From positions 1 through 64,000 of the forward strand of contig CAVWLW010000027.1 of the NCBI GenBank assembly GCA_963755715.1: DNA of 64,000 bases, written 5' to 3'. Both the position numbers and the translations under genes were made by a program. Positions 61,899 to 64,000 of this stretch are shown piece by piece; position 1 is the first letter of the stretch, and each line of letters opens with the position of its first letter. Source of the DNA: an uncultured delta proteobacterium. GTDB lineage: Bacteria; Desulfobacterota; Binatia; UBA9968. The notes under the pieces were generated by a model. It saw nothing but the letters and a program-made list of their open reading frames with translations. It made no database searches and was not told the origin of the DNA.

Positions 61899-63554
61899 AT
61901 GGATTCAGTGAAGATCATACCGCTCGGCGGTCTGGGCGAGTTCGGCCTCAACATGATGTTGATCGAATACGGCGACGCCGCCATCGCTGTCGATTGCGGC
62001 CTCATGTTTCCGAGCGCCGATCTTTTGGGCATCGATCTGGTCATTCCCGACGTAAGCTATCTGCTCGAGACTCGAGACAAACTCAAAGCGATCGTACTCA
62101 CTCACGCGCACGAAGACCATGTCGGCGCGTTGCCGTATATTCTGGAACACTTCGACGTGCCGATCTTCGGCACGCGCCTGACACTCGGACTCCTGGCCAA
62201 CAAACTCACCGAGCATGACTTGGAAGACACGGCGGACGTGCGCCAAATCACCGCTGGGGTGCCGTGGGACATCGCGCCGTTTCGTATCGAAGGCATTCGC
62301 GTGACGCACAGCCTGATGGACTGCCTGGCGCTGGCCATCGAAACGCCGATTGGAACTATTATCCACACTGGCGACTTCAAGATCGACAACACACCGATGG
62401 AAGGCGAGATGTTCGACTTCCAGACCTTTGCCGCCTACGGCGAAAAAGGCGTGTTGCTGCTGCTATCCGACTCGACCAACGTCGAGCGCCCGGGCTACAC
62501 GCCATCGGAACGGGAAGTCGGCACCAATCTCGAGCAGATCATGCAGCGCAGCACCGGTAAAGTGTTGGTCTCGACTTTTTCATCGAGCATCCCGAGGATT
62601 CAACAGGTCGTCGATATCTCCGAGCGTTGCGGCCGGCGCGTCGTACTGAGCGGGCGAAGCATGATCCGTAACGGTCAGGTCGCGGCGGAATTGGGCTATC
62701 TTCATTTGCCGCGCAACTTCATGACCGAAAGCGATCGTTGGCACGACCTGCCGCTCGATCAGCTCACGTTTCTCACCACCGGCAGCCAAGGCGAGCCTCT
62801 TTCGGTGCTGCACCGCGTCGCCTTGAACGACCACAAAACCATCAAGATCGACCCCGGCGACACCGTGATTCTTTCCTCCAAGTTCATTCCCGGCAACGAG
62901 AAAACGATTTCCAATTTGATCAATCACCTGTATCGGCGCGGCGCCGAGGTGCACTACGAAAAAGTCTCGGAGATCCATGTTTCCGGTCACGCGAGCCAGG
63001 AAGAGCTTAAGACGATGCTGCAACTCACCCGGCCGCGTTATTTTGTGCCGATCCACGGCGAGTATCGCCACCTCGTGCGCCATCGGCGCTTGGCCCAAGA
63101 CGTCGGCATCCCGGCGGCAAACTGCTTTTTACTCGAAGACGGCGATGTCCTGGAACTGACCGCGAACAGCGCGCAAAAAACCAAGGCGATCCAGGTAGGG
63201 AAAGTTTTTGTCGATGGCAAAGGAGTCGGCGACGTCGGCGACATCGTCATCCGCGACCGCCGCCATCTATCGGAAGACGGCATGGTGCTGGTCGTGATGG
63301 CCATCCATCAGCAGTCGGGCGAAGTGGTGGCTGGGCCGGATCTTATCTCGCGCGGCTTCATGCGCGCGGAGGAAAGCGAAGAAGTTTTAGAGACCGCCAA
63401 AAAAGTAGTTCTCGAAACTCTGGGCGGCATCAACCGGGAAACCCGCACCGATCCAGCCGAGCTCAAAGAAGAAGTGCGCAAGGCCCTACGGCGCTTTTTT
63501 CGAAAAAAATTGGAGCGCCATCCCTTTGTTCTCCCGTACATCATCGAAACTTGA
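61899..63554 (+). CDS. rnj: Ribonuclease J
   Basis: PLGGLGEFG, THAHEDHVG, HTGDFK, DSTN, TGSQGEP, HVSGH, PIHGE. Confidence 0.96.
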   Translation: MDSVKIIPLGGLGEFGLNMMLIEYGDAAIAVDCGLMFPSADLLGIDLVIPDVSYLLETRDKLKAIVLTHAHEDHVGALPYILEHFDVPIFGTRLTLGLLANKLTEHDLEDTADVRQITAGVPWDIAPFRIEGIRVTHSLMDCLALAIETPIGTIIHTGDFKIDNTPMEGEMFDFQTFAAYGEKGVLLLLSDSTNVERPGYTPSEREVGTNLEQIMQRSTGKVLVSTFSSSIPRIQQVVDISERCGRRVVLSGRSMIRNGQVAAELGYLHLPRNFMTESDRWHDLPLDQLTFLTTGSQGEPLSVLHRVALNDHKTIKIDPGDTVILSSKFIPGNEKTISNLINHLYRRGAEVHYEKVSEIHVSGHASQEELKTMLQLTRPRYFVPIHGEYRHLVRHRRLAQDVGIPAANCFLLEDGDVLELTANSAQKTKAIQVGKVFVDGKGVGDVGDIVIRDRRHLSEDGMVLVVMAIHQQSGEVVAGPDLISRGFMRAEESEEVLETAKKVVLETLGGINRETRTDPAELKEEVRKALRRFFRKKLERHPFVLPYIIET

Positions 63555-63566
63555 GGAAACGCACCT

Positions 63567-64000
63567 ATGTCCAGTGCTCCGGAAAAGGGTCGGCTCCATC
63601 GTGAAATTTGGGGCGTGGTCATTTGCCTGACGGCCTTGCTGATCGCGCTCAGCTTGATTTCCTACAGCGCCGCCGACCGTTCGCTCAATACGCCATCAGG
63701 CGCGCTCGATGCCCATAACTGGGGCGGCTTTATCGGCGCTTTTTTGGCCGATCTGCTGCTGCAAAGCCTGGGCATCACCGCTTATCTCGTGCCGGTTCTT
63801 CTATGCGTGGCGGCGATCCGAATGTTTCGCGCCAATTACCAAGGAATCCAGGTCACCAAGACAGTCGCTTACGCCATTTTGCTCTTGAGCCTCGGGGTGA
63901 TTCTGAGCGTGGTGATCGATACCGAAAGCGCGCGCGACGCCGGCGGCATCATCGGCGGCTTTCTCAATGAAAGCGTTCTGGTTCCTCTTTTCGGCCGGTT
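63567..64000 (+). CDS. ftsK: FtsK/SpoIIIE DNA translocase, N-terminal 4TM region (partial)
   Basis: Read manually: ...LLIALSLISYSAADRSLN...HNWGGFIGAFLADLLLQSLG; typical rnj-ftsK order. Confidence 0.8.
   Translation, partial: MSSAPEKGRLHREIWGVVICLTALLIALSLISYSAADRSLNTPSGALDAHNWGGFIGAFLADLLLQSLGITAYLVPVLLCVAAIRMFRANYQGIQVTKTVAYAILLLSLGVILSVVIDTESARDAGGIIGGFLNESVLVPLFGR

Overview
GC-rich bacterial chromosome segment. Its gene content (many orphan ABC substrate-binding proteins, UbiD, Rieske, cupin, amidohydrolase and LLM paralogs) resembles Candidatus Binatota/Deltaproteobacteria-like genomes; this is inference, not a taxonomic result. Positions 1-17.7 kb form one minus-strand run of at least 8 paralogous periplasmic binding proteins (two of them joined at a deletion junction) interleaved with 2 Rieske oxygenase alpha subunits, a Gfo/Idh/MocA dehydrogenase, 2 UbiD decarboxylases and 2 bicupins, with no permease, ATPase, reductase or UbiX in view. 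At 18-26 kb, an SBP-aminotransferase-amine dehydrogenase unit and a xanthine-dehydrogenase-family operon share a 24/30-bp promoter-like motif. At 26-36 kb there is an accessory patch (DUF5678-like/retropepsin fusion plus DUF2442-like gene, Tex, gene remnants, vapBC, TauA-type SBPs, amidohydrolase, LLM). At 36-64 kb lie DedA-PLD-DedA, a ferredoxin-zinc ribbon-coiled coil fusion, a QseEGF-like system with sigma54 promoters, rmuC, aguBA, mazG, a sigma54 activator with visible enhancer and promoter driving a ferritin-like di-iron protein plus a BBE-like oxidase, ssb, plsC, rnj and the start of ftsK. About 17 small frameshifts fall in the first 38 kb and none are evident after that, most likely long-read indel errors. 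No tRNA, rRNA, CRISPR array or transposase was recognised.
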